From NCBI GenBank assembly GCA_002189035.1, contig NEEC01000021.1:806001-870000 (forward strand): DNA of 64,000 nucleotides, read 5' to 3'. Below are positions 1 through 13,926 of this stretch, piece after piece. The first letter of the stretch is position 1. Every line of letters begins with the position of its first letter. The notes below the pieces were generated by a model. It was given only the letters and a program-made list of their open reading frames with translations. It did no database searches and was not told where the DNA came from. The stretch is from Utricularia gibba (taxonomy: Eukaryota; Plantae; Magnoliophyta). A program made the position numbers and the translations under genes.

Positions 1-372
1 AAAAGATAGTTACGGTCTGGTCAGCTCCAAATTACTGTTATAGGCAAGAAGAAGACCTTCATCTTTTTCAAAATCACCTTGATTATTTTAATGACCTTCA
101 GCTGTACTCCAGATGTGGAAATGTAGCTGCCATCCTTGAGCTCAATGAAAACCTCGAGAAGCAATTCCGTGTGTTTGAAGCTGCTCCACAGGTAACCTTT
201 TTGTGCTCAGTTCTTGTCCCATGCCCTCCCCATATGTTAAATGTTGACAGATTAAGCTGCCACAACCAGATCAAGATATTCACTAGTATTCTGTATATGC
301 TGATTTATATTTTAAACACAGGAAGCCAGAGGCCCCCAATCCAAAAAGCCACCTCCTGACTACTTCTTGTAA
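1..372 (+). CDS. PPX: Serine/threonine protein phosphatase PP4 (PPX) catalytic subunit, last three exons (1-43, 113-191, 322-372)
   Basis: Spliced translation ...[54 protein letters not shown] matches the PP2A-family C-terminus of the PP4 type. The first intron is GC-AG (44-112). Confidence 0.92.
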
Positions 373-1782
373 GACTTACACCGGCATGATGTGAAACATT
401 GGTGCACAATGGAACAGATTGCGACTTCTGCTCTTTTCAAGGAGTTTCGGAAACCTGAGGTTTGGAACGGGATCCCCTTGCAGGAATGGGAGTTCTGAAC
501 ATAAGCCCCTCTGGTTTCTTCAACCAATAGTTTGCCTATACATACGCATATGGTCTTTTTTCATCTGAGAAGTTTAGGATGGTGAGTAGCAGTTTGCGTG
601 AGAGATAGAGACATATTAAATCAGCCATTGTTTTTGTGTTTTGAGAATCAAGTCTTCTTAGCCTTACCTGAAAGCGTTTTGATTATAAAAACGTGCTGTT
701 GGGTTCCAACTCTTTGCTGCAGACACCCAAGGAACAAAGAGGAAGAATGGGGGACAAAATCATTTATTTTGGAACGCATGATAAAGGTGCTTTTTTCAAT
801 AGTTTATAGCTTGAAGAAACATTAGAGGAGGATTTATTAATAAGTATACATGATTTTTATGTTAAAAATAGTAAATATTTAGAAATATATTTTTTTTAAT
901 TTAATAATTTCTAAAAATATAGTTGTATCTTATTAAAATTACTGTCTAAAATTAATTTTTGAAAATAATAATAAAATATAAATAAATAGTATGTTTTGTT
1001 AATAGGATTATATGTATTTAAAACTAAGATTATACATATATGATATTTATGTAATGCCCCATTTGAGAAAGGTTGACATAATTACTTTACACAAATATCA
1101 CATTGATTATAGATGAAAAAAAGAATAAAGTACATGCTTATACAAAAGTTACACGAAATTTTTTTTTAAGTACTAAAATTAAATATGTTTGATTTGAAAT
1201 AATTTCAAAATAGATGATTAGTTGTAAATTTCTTGGTTAAAGATGGATATAATATAAAATCATGAAGATTAAATATTCAAAAGGAATAATATTGTATAAA
1301 TAAAAAGTAGATCATGATGATTTAATTAATAGATTTAAATAAATCTAAAATTATAGGAATTTTTTAATTATATATATATAAATTTATTTAAAATTAGATC
1401 CCTTTTTTACTTAAAATCAATTAATCTTATTTCGAATTTTAATAACTAAATACTATTTAAAAAATTATTTCTAATATATCAATTTTATTTTAATATAACT
1501 AAATTAGACCTATTTTATTCTATTCACATAAACCAAATATTAATTAATTATGTTTTTGTGTAACACAATCATGTACCTGAAACAAAAAGAAAACAGTGAA
1601 TAACCCACAGGCAACTAACTAATCATGCTTCTTACCCCAGGACATTTTGAGTGGATCCGAGAGAATTATATCTTCACTTTGATCTTTCGTGTTAATGAGG
1701 AAGACCCTTTTCTTTGCTCGACGCATTTTTGCATTTTGATCCGAACCCAGAGGAAAGCTTATACTTTAAACGCAATCTATTC

Positions 1783-3936
1783 ATGAAAACTTCCAATTTC
1801 CTTTCCTCAATTCTTCTAATTTGGGTTGTTTCAAGTGTCTTTGTGGCATCCCATGAAGAGGGGTCGATCGTTGTGGAGATATCTAACAAGGGACTTGATT
1901 CTCTCAAGGGTTTACTCATACAAAAGGCGGAGTCTTCACTGATTCCTATTCAGTTGCCTCAGATTGAGAAAACTGTGCATATTCCACTTCTGGGGAATGT
2001 CGATATTGTTCTTTCTAGTATTGTGATTCATACAATCAACGTTACTTCCTCTACTGTGAAAACTGGAAGTAGTGGAATTGTTGTCAATGTTTCTGGTGCC
2101 ACTGCCAACATGAGTATGATGTGGAAGTACTCATATAGAGCTAAATATCTACCTATATCTGTTTCTGACCAGGGAAATGCTTCTGTTCAGGTACATCTTT
2201 TCTGATGATGCAGTTAAATTCTAGCAATAGCGTTCAGATTAGATGTACAAGAGTATTTTGTGTGTAGGAAAAATTAGTTTAGCTAAGTTTGGCTTCTCCA
2301 TTTGCTTTGTGCTTCCTTCAAAGATTTTATGAGTTTTGTATCAGGTTGAGGGGATGGAAGTTGGCCTCACACTTAGCCTCAAGGCTGTGGAGGGATCACT
2401 GAAGCTCTCTCTTTTGGATTGTGGATGTTATGTGGATGCTCTTTCTATCCAGTTGAATGGAGGAGCATCATGGCTTTACCAGGGGTATATTTTCTCCTGC
2501 AGCACCTTTGTATATGTAACTACAGAAATCTGCAAACAATAGGGCCTTTATAGGCTTACTATTAATCCTTGAAAATGCTTATTGGCTGTTACTTTTGTTT
2601 CACTAAAGTAACATCATTTTTCTGCTGGTTGGCGTTGAGCTGAATTTGCTGTTATTTTCAGGTTGGTAGATGCGTTTGAGGGGAAAATCGAGTCTGCTGT
2701 GGAGGATGCTGTTTCTAGTAAACTAATTGATGCTGTAAACGATGTTGAGTCCCTGCTGCAATCTCTTCCAAAGGAAATACCTGTAACCAAGACTGCTGCT
2801 TTGAATGTGACATTTGTCAGCGACCCAGAGTTGAAAGAATCTTCAGTTGATGTTGAGATCAATGGCCTGTTCTCTCCCAGCACTAAAACTGCACACCCCA
2901 GCTCCAGTAACAGGCTATTAAAATCCCCAGTTTCATGTGATGGATCAGATAAGATGGTTAAGGTATCTGTGCAAGAAAATGTGCTCGAGTCAGCATCATC
3001 TGTCTACTTTGAGGTAATTCCTAGTGCTTTTTCAGTCTGATTTTCACTAAATGAGTTTCTTATGCTTCCTGTTCAATCTGGTTCATGTTTCTTGATTCAA
3101 TCAGCAACACAAGATGCAGTGGACCGTTCGCGACATACCAGACGAAAAATACTTGAACACAAGTTGGTGGAAGTATGCTCTTCCACAATTGTACAATACT
3201 TATCCAGATCACAACATAAGCCTGGATGTTTCAGTGTCTTCATTGCCCACAATAGAAGTTAAAAATAAGCAGATTAAGGCAGAAGCTCCTGTGGATGTGG
3301 TGATCAATGTGTTAGAAGAGGCGCAAGTTATTCCTGTTGCATGCATATCAGTTGTAAGCTGCTTGAAGCTACTCTCTCTATCTTGCTATCCATTTACTAT
3401 ATCAAGTTACTTGTTCTTGTTATCTGGATGATGCAACAACTTCACTGTTCTCAGGTGATCGGAGTTTCGGTTTCTCCGGCGATTTCGGGTAATGCCCTTG
3501 CTGGTAGTTTGCAACTAGATGACTTTCACATATCTTTGAGTTGGAGCAACATCGGAGATATACACATTGTTCTGCTTCAGGTAATGGTTAAGTGATCCCA
3601 TTCTTCTGCAACATTGTGTAACACAGCCTATACCCTGACCGGAGATTCGAACATTTAACCGTCATCCCAGTTTGTAGAAACTTAGTTTTCCAGATGTTCA
3701 CAATCTGTTTTTCTGTTTCTGTCTCCTTGCAGACACTAGCATCAACTACCCTGAGGACTGTGGTGCTCCCCTACATAAATTTAAAGCTTTATGAAGGAGT
3801 TGTCATCCCTTCTTTCCATGGCTATGGACTTGAAGATGCTCAGATCCTTTGTACAGATGACTCATGGATTGTCATATGTAGTGATGTTGCTCCTGTTGAA
3901 CAGTTGGTTAGCTCTTACTTGATTTCGGTCTCCTGA
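1783..3936 (+). CDS. LBP/BPI (lipid-binding serum glycoprotein) family protein, 6 exons (1783-2190, 2345-2484, 2662-3013, 3105-3353, 3455-3580, 3733-3936)
   Basis: N-terminal signal peptide, then ISNKGLDSLKGLLIQKAESSL, CGCYVDALSIQLNGGASWLYQGLVDAFE and MQWTVRDIPDEKYLNTSWWK, typical of plant LBP/BPI proteins. All junctions are GT-AG and in frame. Confidence 0.88.
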
Positions 3937-4228
3937 GACGACAAAACCGGGAGGAATACATCTCCATGTTTTATGGGCACATGTGAGCTTCAGCTTCCAA
4001 GATGAAATGCAGAAGCGCAGCTGCTGGAGACTGCAGTAGCTCCATGATCTGTTGTACATGTAGCAGATACTGTTGTACAAAATTGATGAGCTAGCAATAA
4101 GTGGCATGGCTTGGATGTGAAGGAATTTCTTTGTGTCACAATCTGTGAATGTTAACAAGGAAGCAGATGAACAAAAAAGATGTTGAGAGGGATTGATTAC
4201 GGTTTACGATACACTGCAACTACCCCAC

Positions 4229-5952
4229 TTAGTGGTTGCTCTTTTCTGCTTCAGAGGCTGCCTCTGGTTTGACTGTTACTCCGACTTCTGCTGGCCTTAC
4301 AACTCGGTCATGCAACACGTATCCCGCCTGCGCATCGCGCAATGGAACATTCGAATGAGTCGCACCAGAAAAATGGTAAAACAAAAGGCTAAAATGTCAC
4401 AAGGCCAAGGCTTGATTTGGAGGTACCTTTAGAACCACAGCAACCAGACCCTCTGGCTTGGAAGTGGTGGGCACTTGGAATACGGCATTATGCCGATTTG
4501 GATCAAATTCTTCATCTACGGGCTCATACTTTTCGAGTCCGTACTTTTTAAAAACCTGGGAATGATTGTTTACGGATGCACCGGTCAAATATTGAACATC
4601 AGTGGAGGCACGGGATGAGTCACAGGGGAAAGCAGTATTACCTCTATCAACTGCTTTTCAGTCATTTCAACACCTTCAAGGAGGATTTTGAGTTGTTGCA
4701 CAGCTCCAGTCGTGTCTTTAGATAAGTCAGCTTTGGAAAAGCTTTCCTTTGCAGCAGTAGAAGCTCTGCTCAAATTGTCTGCCACGTCAAGGAGCCCTTT
4801 GGCGAAGTTCTATAACCCAAAAAATAAAATCTTGTGAGTATAACGTCTGGCAATAGAAGAAATAAGGCTGAGTGATTTAGCATGATAACAATGTGCTCAA
4901 ACGAGGGACAAGAAAAGGTACCTGAATAGCAAATTTCTTTGCATTCTCTGATTCACGTGTGGTACGATATTTCACATTCTCCATTTCAGCTAAGGTCCTC
5001 AGAACCTTATCCTTCATTTGGGCAACCTCTTCTTCCTTTGTGAGTAACAGTTGCTCCTTCTCCAGCACAAGTTTCACAAGATCATCTTTTGAAAGCTCAA
5101 ATTCCACATCTTAAGAAATTCAAAAGTAGAATTATCACCAACCGAAATTTCCAGATATAAGAATGTGAATGTCTCAAAAGTACCTGATGGTCCATTTTCC
5201 GTAGATGCAGTATCTTCCGCATGCTGAGGATCATTAACTGTAGCTTCATCTTTAACCTCGTTTCCCGGTTCACTTGTAGATTGAACTTGCTCTTTCTCAT
5301 TGTCGCGTGAAGCAGCAGATGAAGAGAACCCAAACCAGGTTGAGTAATTTGGCGATGGCATCGAACCAGATGTGTTTTTCAAGGTAGGGTGATTCAACAA
5401 GGATACTGAACCAGGTACCACCTAAGAGAACAAAACATAAGCATTCCAAAAAGCCTGATCGAGATTCCAAAGAGGCAGTCACACAACATTTCATGTCCAG
5501 TCTCTCATTCTCTCTAGAAGTATGTCATAGTTCAACTCTAATCTGCTGAATATATGCGAAGTATAATTCTAGCATAAAACAAATACAAGCTACACGAGAA
5601 CTGCAGAACACACAAAGGAATTGCAACATGCAAGGAAATCCATAAATAAAGCTTGCATATAATTTTAATGCAGAAATCCAGCTGATAAGCCGACCCAGGA
5701 GAAAAATTACGAGTTATGAAAAAAACTCCATAGCTGGAAATCAGTACATAACATAGGCGGAGTGATTTCACAATACACAAGCATATAAAAAAAACGCAGC
5801 ACCTTGTTGTACCATCGAGGTTGGAGAACACATTCCGTCACAGACGAAATCTCCCTGATTCCATTCCGGCTGGAGAACACCGACCTCCTTAACAGAGCGA
5901 TTAAGTGATGATTCGTAGAAAACCGAGCGGTTACCTTTCCCAGAACCACCAT
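4229..5952 (-). CDS. GrpE nucleotide-exchange factor, mitochondrial type (exons 5952-5803, 5421-5184, 5109-4922, 4809-4642, 4555-4427, 4327-4229)
   Basis: KDKVLRTLAEMENV, AKKFAIQNFAKGLLDVADNL, FDPNRHNAVFQVP and GYVLHDRVVRPAEVGV are GrpE hallmarks, preceded by a basic/Ser-rich presequence. The exact start ATG is inferred. Confidence 0.9.
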
Positions 5953-6872
5953 ATCCACGGCCCTTGCTGAGAATTGCAGTTCGATTGTTTCCTTGGGGAA
6001 GGGGTTTTAGAAGGGTACTGAACTTCTAGCCTTTCCAGCGTTGATTGGGCTCCGTAATGGGCTTCAACCGACCAAAAGAATTTCATTTCATTTTGTTAAT
6101 ATTAGATAAAATTGACATAAAATAATTAAGCTCTTTAATATTTATTTATATTTAAAATAAATTAATGTAAAATCAGGTGTAATGAAATAAATAAATAAAT
6201 CTTTCTAATTTTGAATAAGTTATTTTTATTAAAAAGGAAAAACATAAAATCGTCTAAATTAAATATACGAAATGAATAATAAAGGGATAACATGAATTGT
6301 TTTACATTATTTTTATATTTTTAAAATTTTCCCAAAATTTAGTTCTCTCTGAAATTTCAGTTGTGTACTCCATGAAAAATGCGAAATTTTTTCCAATTTA
6401 GAACATTGCTACAGTTAACTTCTGCGCAGAACAAAGGGCGGCCCCCGAATCACCATTCCAGACCACCCTTTCAGAAGCACAAGCAACACCATGATCGACA
6501 AAACAACATGCAAAGATGCAGTTTTTTCCCCGCTCATAGCAGTAGTTCAGGACACAGATGAATGGAAGAAGTCAGGAATCAGCATGGATGACAAGGTAAG
6601 AAGCTGAAACACTGTTATCCAGAGTACATCAATCAATATACAATGTAAATAAGCTACTGGGGATATGAAAGGAATACGCAGTCTCTATAGAGGGATGAAT
6701 CTAAACCACATCCTGCATTATTCTATTGCCAATATGCTAGCACCATCTGCAGATTACACTTTACTAGCATCCATGGATGATGGATGGATGGGTCAATCTC
6801 TGTATTTGATTGAAGGGGTTAAGTAAAAAAAGGGAGGAGTAAGTGAGAGGAGCATAGCAACAAATACATGTA

Positions 6873-8008
6873 TCAGTTCCCCGTGGATCTAAGCTCCTGC
6901 AACTGATCCCTTATCTGGCTCTGCACGAGCTCCAGCCTCTTGGAGAACACTTCCAACTCGAGAATCTGCTGCTTCCTCCACCGATCATCGGAGATTTTGT
7001 CGCAGGCTATGGCTCCGGGAAGGCACAGTGATAGGGGATTACGAGCTCCAAGTCCCTGTCCACTGCATAAGCCACTTGGGCATAGAAAAGAACCAGTTGA
7101 AGTTCCCAATAATTCCTTGAGTATTGGTGGCAAACAGCTCTTCACAGTCTCTTCGATCATAGTGGACATAGGCCCGAAACGCCCAGAACCGGAGCGGCTA
7201 TCGGCGTTACACCCACCGGAGGTGGCTGAATGCTGTTGACACTACAGTAGTTTCCATGTGGCTGCATTTTCTCCTCTAATTTTACAGCCCCAGCTCGATT
7301 CCTTTTTCTGGGGCGGGGGGCTTTGCTGTTCACATCGATCCCACATGGGACCGGGCTCTGGAAACCAGCAAAAGCTGGATTATTGAGATCGTCGTCGTCT
7401 TCCTCAACGGCGAGGCCTGTGGATCGAAAAGCAGCAGAGCCATTGGCGTTGGAGACCGTGCTACCCCAAATTTTGGAAGAAATTTCAAAGGTTAACTGGT
7501 CATGAGGGCTCTTAAAGATATAATCTTTGCCAGAGCTGAACCTGTTAACTAAATTGCGATACTTCTTCTTCAGCCTCCGAAGCTTCTCAACGAGCTGATT
7601 CTTGTTGAAATCGAGCTGGAATTTACTCCTGATCTGGTCATAAAACGCCGTCGTATCATGGTGGTGCTGCGATGAACCGTACGGACCGCAACGCTGACTG
7701 GTGTAATCGAGAAACCCCTGCAACAGCTCAATCTCGTCCTCGTCGGTCCACAAACGCTGGAAGAGCTTGCGGGACTCATCCGGCTTTTTGGATTCCGGAA
7801 GGAAAAGCTCTTGCTGTTGGAGATCAGGGACGCCGTGGACGGCGATAGTCACGAGGGCGGTGGAGGGAGGAGCGCGATCCAGGGCGATTGGCGCGGAGGA
7901 TGCGGAATCATCTTCATCGTGATCAGAGATCTGGTCATCATCGTCGTCAAGAAGATCCTCGTCTTCGTTGAAGACGGCGTCGTGACGAGGCACGGCGGCG
8001 GTAGCCAT
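6873..8008 (-). CDS. GeBP/STOREKEEPER-like (DUF573) transcription factor; intronless and split by an apparent 1-nt frameshift near 7170-7200
   Basis: ORF 8008-7157 contains FQRLWTDEDEIELLQGFLDY...NKNQLVEKLRRLKKKY. The family C-terminus IEETVKSCL...DDRWRKQQILELEVFSKRLELVQ is in the adjacent overlapping frame (7169-6873). Confidence 0.85.
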
Positions 8009-8086
8009 GGTGGCGATCCGATCCGGCGTGATCTGCACCGCCCAGGGAAAAAAGCTCGGTCAAATCAATAGACCCGATCCCAATAG

Positions 8087-8123
8087 AAACCTAACCTAAC
8101 CTAACCAAACCAAACCAAACCAA
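8087..8123 (+). repeat. (AACCT)n/(AACCA)n microsatellite upstream of the GeBP gene
   Basis: aaacctaacctaacctaaccaaaccaaaccaaaccaa read directly. Confidence 0.8.
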
Positions 8124-9599
8124 TGGGTGTAAACGCGGTTAATATTTTCCTCTCTTAACCACTCTTTTAATTTAACATAATTTAATTAACCACTCTTTAA
8201 ATCATAATGAAAAATATGTTTGATAAATATATTTTATAAAATGAAAAATATAATATGCTTTTAAATATAATTAAATATGATTAAAAAGATTGTAGTCACA
8301 AATTGCATATTTATTAAGAAACAGATGAAATTTTACATAGATAAAATTGCAATAAAAAAAATTTAAGTTTCGATTAGTATAAAGAGTTTAATTCTCAAAT
8401 TTAAAAATTATAAAAAAACAACTTAAATCAGTTTTCAAATTTTTTTAAAAATTAATCGATTTACATTATCGTAAATTATCTCTAGTTTTAAATCCAACAA
8501 ATTTTAGTGTTAGAGCTTTTTATGTTCAAAATTTGGTAAATCAAATGATACTCATATTATGATTATATTGTGTTTGCATCTTAAATGATTCAAAGTGATG
8601 ATAATTATATTGCATTCGTGTTTTATATGATATACTGTTATAATGGTATTAAAGTCAATATTGGTTAATTTTGATAACATGAAAGATTAAATATACAATT
8701 TCATAAGTTTGAAAATAAAATATTTATAAAAAAATAAGTTAATCGGTCTAAGATTTTAAAACTTGAAAATTGAATTGTTTATAGTGACCGTAACTTAAAA
8801 TACGCTTGTCAAATGCCACCCATTTTACATATAGGTAAGAAATGCCACATATTTCCAAATATTCATTATTTTTAATTAACCCATAAAAAAGCAATTAAAT
8901 TGATCGATTAAGGCTCTATTTAAAATAGTTTCGAATTTTGAATTTAAAAATGTTTCTTATTTTAATTTGAAAATTATATAAAAGGAAACTAAGTTTTTAA
9001 ATTTAATTTTTCTTGAAAAAAGAACTAAATCTGTCATTTAAATACAAGAAAATTATTTTAAATCATTCATAAAAATATATAAAGAAAATAAATATATTTT
9101 AATCGTGAAAATAATTTAATTCTAATGTTGAAGGGATTATTACCAATAAAAACTATAATCAACATGTTTTACGTCGCTCGGATTCGGTTTTCTTTTCCGA
9201 CACCGGTCAGACCGGACGGGTCATTTCGGGTTTCAAAGCACAAGCGTAGACTGTAGTATACTCGCAACTCATCATCCCCAAGAGATGCCTCCTCTCAGGA
9301 ATCTCAGGTTCGAGTTCCTGGTGATGCTGCACAGTGTGTGTGGTGTGGGTTTTACAAGATAAGGAACACTATCGAATCCTGTTTAAAAATGAATGGAATA
9401 AATGATCATCGTCTAGTGACTGGATCCTGTTGTACAAGTTACTACTATTACACAAATGCAGAGGGAACTTACAGAGACTCCGGAGCATCACTGCCTCCGG
9501 GAGGAGAGGGAATGGGTCGTTCTCCAAGGCCGTCGTGTTGGGCGGAGCTGGGGCAGTAGTGAGGAGGGTTATCATGCAAATGGCCCATCGTTCAGGGCC

Positions 9600-12324
9600 T
9601 CATTGTCTCTGCTTGTTTTCTATTTTGAGTTGAACCTTCAGCTTTTTGCCTCCTAACTGATACCCATTCATTGTGCTGATTGCGCTCTGTGCTGCTGCTG
9701 GTGAATCATAGCTCACAAATCCTGTGAATGGAAAAGCTAAGGATGAGAGGAGCTCGACGCGATGGTTCCGGTTATCGTCGAATTCGTACCGAAACATTTG
9801 CTGGCACCAGTTGCTTTGTCAACAAAGACCTTGGCGCTGAGTACCATGCCAAAGCGCTGAAATGCACCGGCGAGCTCCTCGTCCCCAAATTCTTGTGGAA
9901 TGTGGTAAATAAACAAGTTGGCTCCAGGGGGGCCTGCTTTGTAAGAATTTTGTGAGATGAAGCTGAAAAGGAAGTGCAAAACCAATAGGGTGGCTTTCTG
10001 TTACCTTCCATTTGGCCCCCGTAACTCGAACTGACTCCAGAAGGTGATGCAGACTGGCTGTTTGTGGTGCGAGATGATAAGGAATTCACGGAAACTCCAG
10101 ATCTTGCGCTCATAATTTCTCCAGAATATGGGAGCGGGTACTGAACACCAGATAAAGCTGGATAAGCAGATCCAACATAATTTGCAAGTGGCATTGCATA
10201 CTTTCTGGGGCTCAATCCAGGAGAAAGATTCGGTCTCAAACTTCGTATTGTATCTGCTTGATGTAAGGGTGAAACCATATTGGCGAAGGGATGTTGGTTC
10301 TGCATCACTGGTAGGCGGTAATGAAAGAGTCCATAATGTCCCGGAGGCTACAAAGGTGAGAAGCATCAATCAATCTATAAAAATACCAAGGGATTATATC
10401 CATGATCAACACAAGCTACAAGAAAATGTAGTTTTTGCATATCCATATTGGGAAAAAAACGCCATACCTGGTAATTGTATCCATTATATGGAGGAACATA
10501 ACTCATTGCTAGGGCGCCAACCAACGATGGACGCTGTCTGGTGCCAGCATTGTGAAGACTGGATGCCGGGGAGAGAGCTTTTTGTGCCTTCCGAGCCAAT
10601 CTTTCTTTTTCTGTGTCAGCCCACTTGACCACTATAGGAACTGTGGAGCCCTACTTGAAGGCCAAGAAAGTTGAGTTTGGGAAATGACGATTTAAAGGAG
10701 CATATCACACATAGTAATGACATAAAAAAAGAGGTAGACAAAATTTCCCATGAAGTCAAGCTTCTTAAAGAGCAGGTGAGCATGCTGCAGTAAAAAAGGT
10801 TTAACAGGCATAGCAGTGTTAATTGGATGTATATGCAGAAGATCCAAAGTGAAGGACGTTTACACAGGCAACCAATTATGCCGTATTTTAACATCCAGTT
10901 AGGTGAGAACACTGGTAATCAAAAGGAGAGATTTGCATGGCATATTCCCAAAGAATGGTTCAGTATCTACTCTCTGCCAATGCATTTGCAGAGCCATGTA
11001 TACGACCTAGTTTCAGATGAAGCATAGTAGCTTCCTCGAATTTTTATGGGTGTAATGAGATGTTTATACGATTATCATCTTGCAAGGTTGCTAGACACAC
11101 CTCAATCTTGTGAATGCCATTCAGTGCTTCAATTGCTGCAAGTGCCTCTTCTTTTGTTTCAAATTTTAGAAAAGCGCAACCTGGAAACATTTATGATTAG
11201 TTAAAGTGCAACTCCATAGTTCAATCAAACTGCATCATTTCTAAAAGAAAGCACAACGGAAGTGGAAGCAGACAATTTCACCTTTGCTTGTCTGCTGGGA
11301 ACCTCTGAGAAACTGCAACTCTTTTATTCTCCCATATTTAGAAAACAAAGCATGCACATCATCATTAGAAACGTTTTTGGGAAGCATGCCAACGAAGAGT
11401 TTGTGCTCTGCAGATATATTTTCACAGAGACAATCCATTAAAGAACACACCAAAATGAAAAAAAAAACTAAATTGACGAAGAAAGTTAACATTCACAAAA
11501 GAACTAACACAGGAATACAAGCAAAGCAGCAGTTATCTCACCTAGCCTCTCCAGCTCTCCATCAGCATACTTTACTTGCAATGGACTGGATGCCTAGATA
11601 GCGGGGAAAAAACATGCCCTCTTGTCAACGGTTTTCTTTCTAAAAAAGCATCTGGGAACTGTACGGCCAAAAGGAGGGTAGGCCAAGCTATCTTTCTTTT
11701 CTCTCTATTTTATTGAAACACTCCATTTTTTAATTGTTAGTCTTTAACAACGAAATTTGTTTGAACTCCAATAACCCACAAAGAAGGCGTAGTGCGTCGA
11801 TGCAAATTAGAGCAAGAAAGTAAAAAGAGACCCTTTTTCCCTACTAGTGTGCACTATTGCCCGAGAGAAAGGCTTTAAAAAAGGGAACAACTTTGCTAAC
11901 CTCACCAATCTATACACATTTGGCATTGCACAGAAAAGAAAGTCCATAAAACGTAATTATACCAACCCCAGCCAGCGTTTTCTTATCGTGAAAGGCATTT
12001 ATTGCTTTCTCAGCTTCCTCTCTGGACGGACAAAACAAAAAACAACAACCTGCAAATCACCCCAAACCACAATTAGGGATTCAACAATCACAAATTTCAT
12101 TAAAACGAGTTAAAACACCCTCCCAATTGCACATTGCGATTTCCCCAAAAAGTTGCTGAAGCACAGCATGCAATGAGACCTCGTGAAGCACGCGTGACTC
12201 TATCCTTGATTATGTTGACTTCGTCGACGACTACAAGCTCCTCGAACATTCTTCTCAACTGCAATTCCGTCATTTGCTTAGGAACTTGACCCACAAAGAG
12301 CTTCACCCTCTCCCCTTCCGCCAT
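9600..12324 (-). CDS. BRUNO-like/CELF RNA-binding protein with three RRMs (BRN1/BRN2 type), about 9 exons
   Basis: RRM1 [10 protein letters not shown]...[19 protein letters not shown]2 [14 protein letters not shown]...[13 protein letters not shown]3 [18 protein letters not shown]...[33 protein letters not shown]. Exons join at GT-AG. Confidence 0.9.
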
Positions 12325-12329
12325 TACTC

Positions 12330-12838
12330 AAAAACCCAAATTTCTCGTCTCTGTGCAGAGTTCGCCGTAATGGTGAACGGTGATCTGTGAAAAGAATACA
12401 GTTGAAACGCAGACGCGTTTCGTTTATTTCCCAGCAGATGAGGGTACTTTCGGAATTGTAAATGGAAACAGTTTGATTGCAATTTATTACATTTGTAAAT
12501 AAACGATACTCTATTTTGGTTTATTTACATATCTGCCACTAAAGGAACAACATGCATAAACATGAAGCAGGTAAACGGCATGGCATTTACAGTAAATTAG
12601 TAAAATAACAAGGGGTAGTTATTAAGATGACAGACTGTCCCGCCAAGCCATGTGTGGGCCCTAACGATGGCCCATTTACAGTTCACCATGGACCCAACCC
12701 ACAGAATCATGCCCGGCCCGGCCCATACACACCGTCGTCGCGCTTACCGCCCCGGGATCGAAGTTTCGTTCATTTACTTCGCTGTGGTACTTGTGGAAAA
12801 AAGAGGGATCGTTGCTGCGGTTCTCGATTTCAATCGCC
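12330..12838. promoter_or_regulatory. Short head-to-head promoter region shared by BRN and U1-C, with site II (TGGGCY/GGCCCA) motifs
   Basis: The ATGs at 12324 (-) and 12839 (+) are about 515 bp apart. TGGGCC, GGCCCA and GGCCCGGCCCA motifs cluster at 12655-12725. Confidence 0.6.
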
Positions 12839-13926
12839 ATGCCCAGGTGATGCGGTTTTCTTTTCGCTTTTTTCTGCATTGATTGCTGTGTCTAATCACG
12901 AATTTCTTGCGCGGATTGTGTGTTCTCACATCTGGATTCACATATCGTGGTCTTTGGTCAGGTATTATTGCGACTATTGCGACACTTACCTCACTCACGA
13001 TTCCGTAAGTCGAAATCTGGAAACTAGCTGATACATGTGCTTTTTGTGTGCTTGATATTGTGGAAGGAAGAGGTTGAGTGATTAGAGAAGCGAGCTGCGC
13101 TGTAACTGTTTGCCATTGATTTTTTTTTTTTTTTCACTTGCAGCCATCGGTTAGAAAGCAGCACAATGCAGGCTACAAGCACAAGGTTTTTGGTTTTCTA
13201 AATGTTTAGATTTTAGTTGCATTGAATTTACCAGCTGCATATTAAGCAAAGGGTATGTACAATTCCTTGTGTTGGCAGGCGAATGTCAGGACCTATTACC
13301 AGCAATACGAGGCGCAACTAAACCAAAGCCTTATAGATCAAAAGGTTAAGGAACATCTCGGAGCATTTCGGCCTCCAGTTGGGCCTTATCCACCACTAAG
13401 GCCTGGAATGCCAGTTCTGCCAATGGGGATGCAAGGACAGTTACCTCCCGGCCCTGGATTGTTTCCTGGCATGAGACCTCCAATGTTGCCAAATCCGATC
13501 CCTGGGGCTCCAGGTGTTGTTATATTTCCTGTATAATGCCTGCGTAATCTTATCACCATTTCTATTGTTGCTGAATGCCATCACCTGATATTCAGTGTTT
13601 CATCTGTTTCTCATAATTCTTGCTGCTACCAGCCTTGATTGCCATTTGACTTTCCCACTATTGTATCCATATCAGGTTACGCATCAGCCCCTTTGATGCC
13701 ACAAATGGTCCCTCCACCGGGTGCTCCTCCTGCCATTAATGGTTTGCCAAGGCCCATGACATCTCAACCTCAAATGATTCCAGGAGGTGGAGGACACCCA
13801 CCCAGCAGCACCCCGCCCGTGTTTCCACCACCACAATATCAAGGTCCTCCAATGTCTTTACCTACAAACAGGGGTAGCGATGGCAATAACAATGCTGATG
13901 ACCAAACCTCAGATCCGGATCAGTAA
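12839..13926 (+). CDS. U1C: U1 small nuclear ribonucleoprotein C (exons 12839-12846, 12962-13004, 13144-13185, 13279-13513, 13676-13926)
   Basis: Spliced [40 protein letters not shown] (U1-type zinc finger), followed by a Pro/Met/Gly-rich tail. Confidence 0.95.

Noticed and set aside
9262-9330. CAGGTTCGAGTTCCTG resembles a tRNA T-arm/B-box
   Set aside because: No D-arm, anticodon arm or 7-bp acceptor stem can be built; at most a decayed tRNA/SINE remnant.
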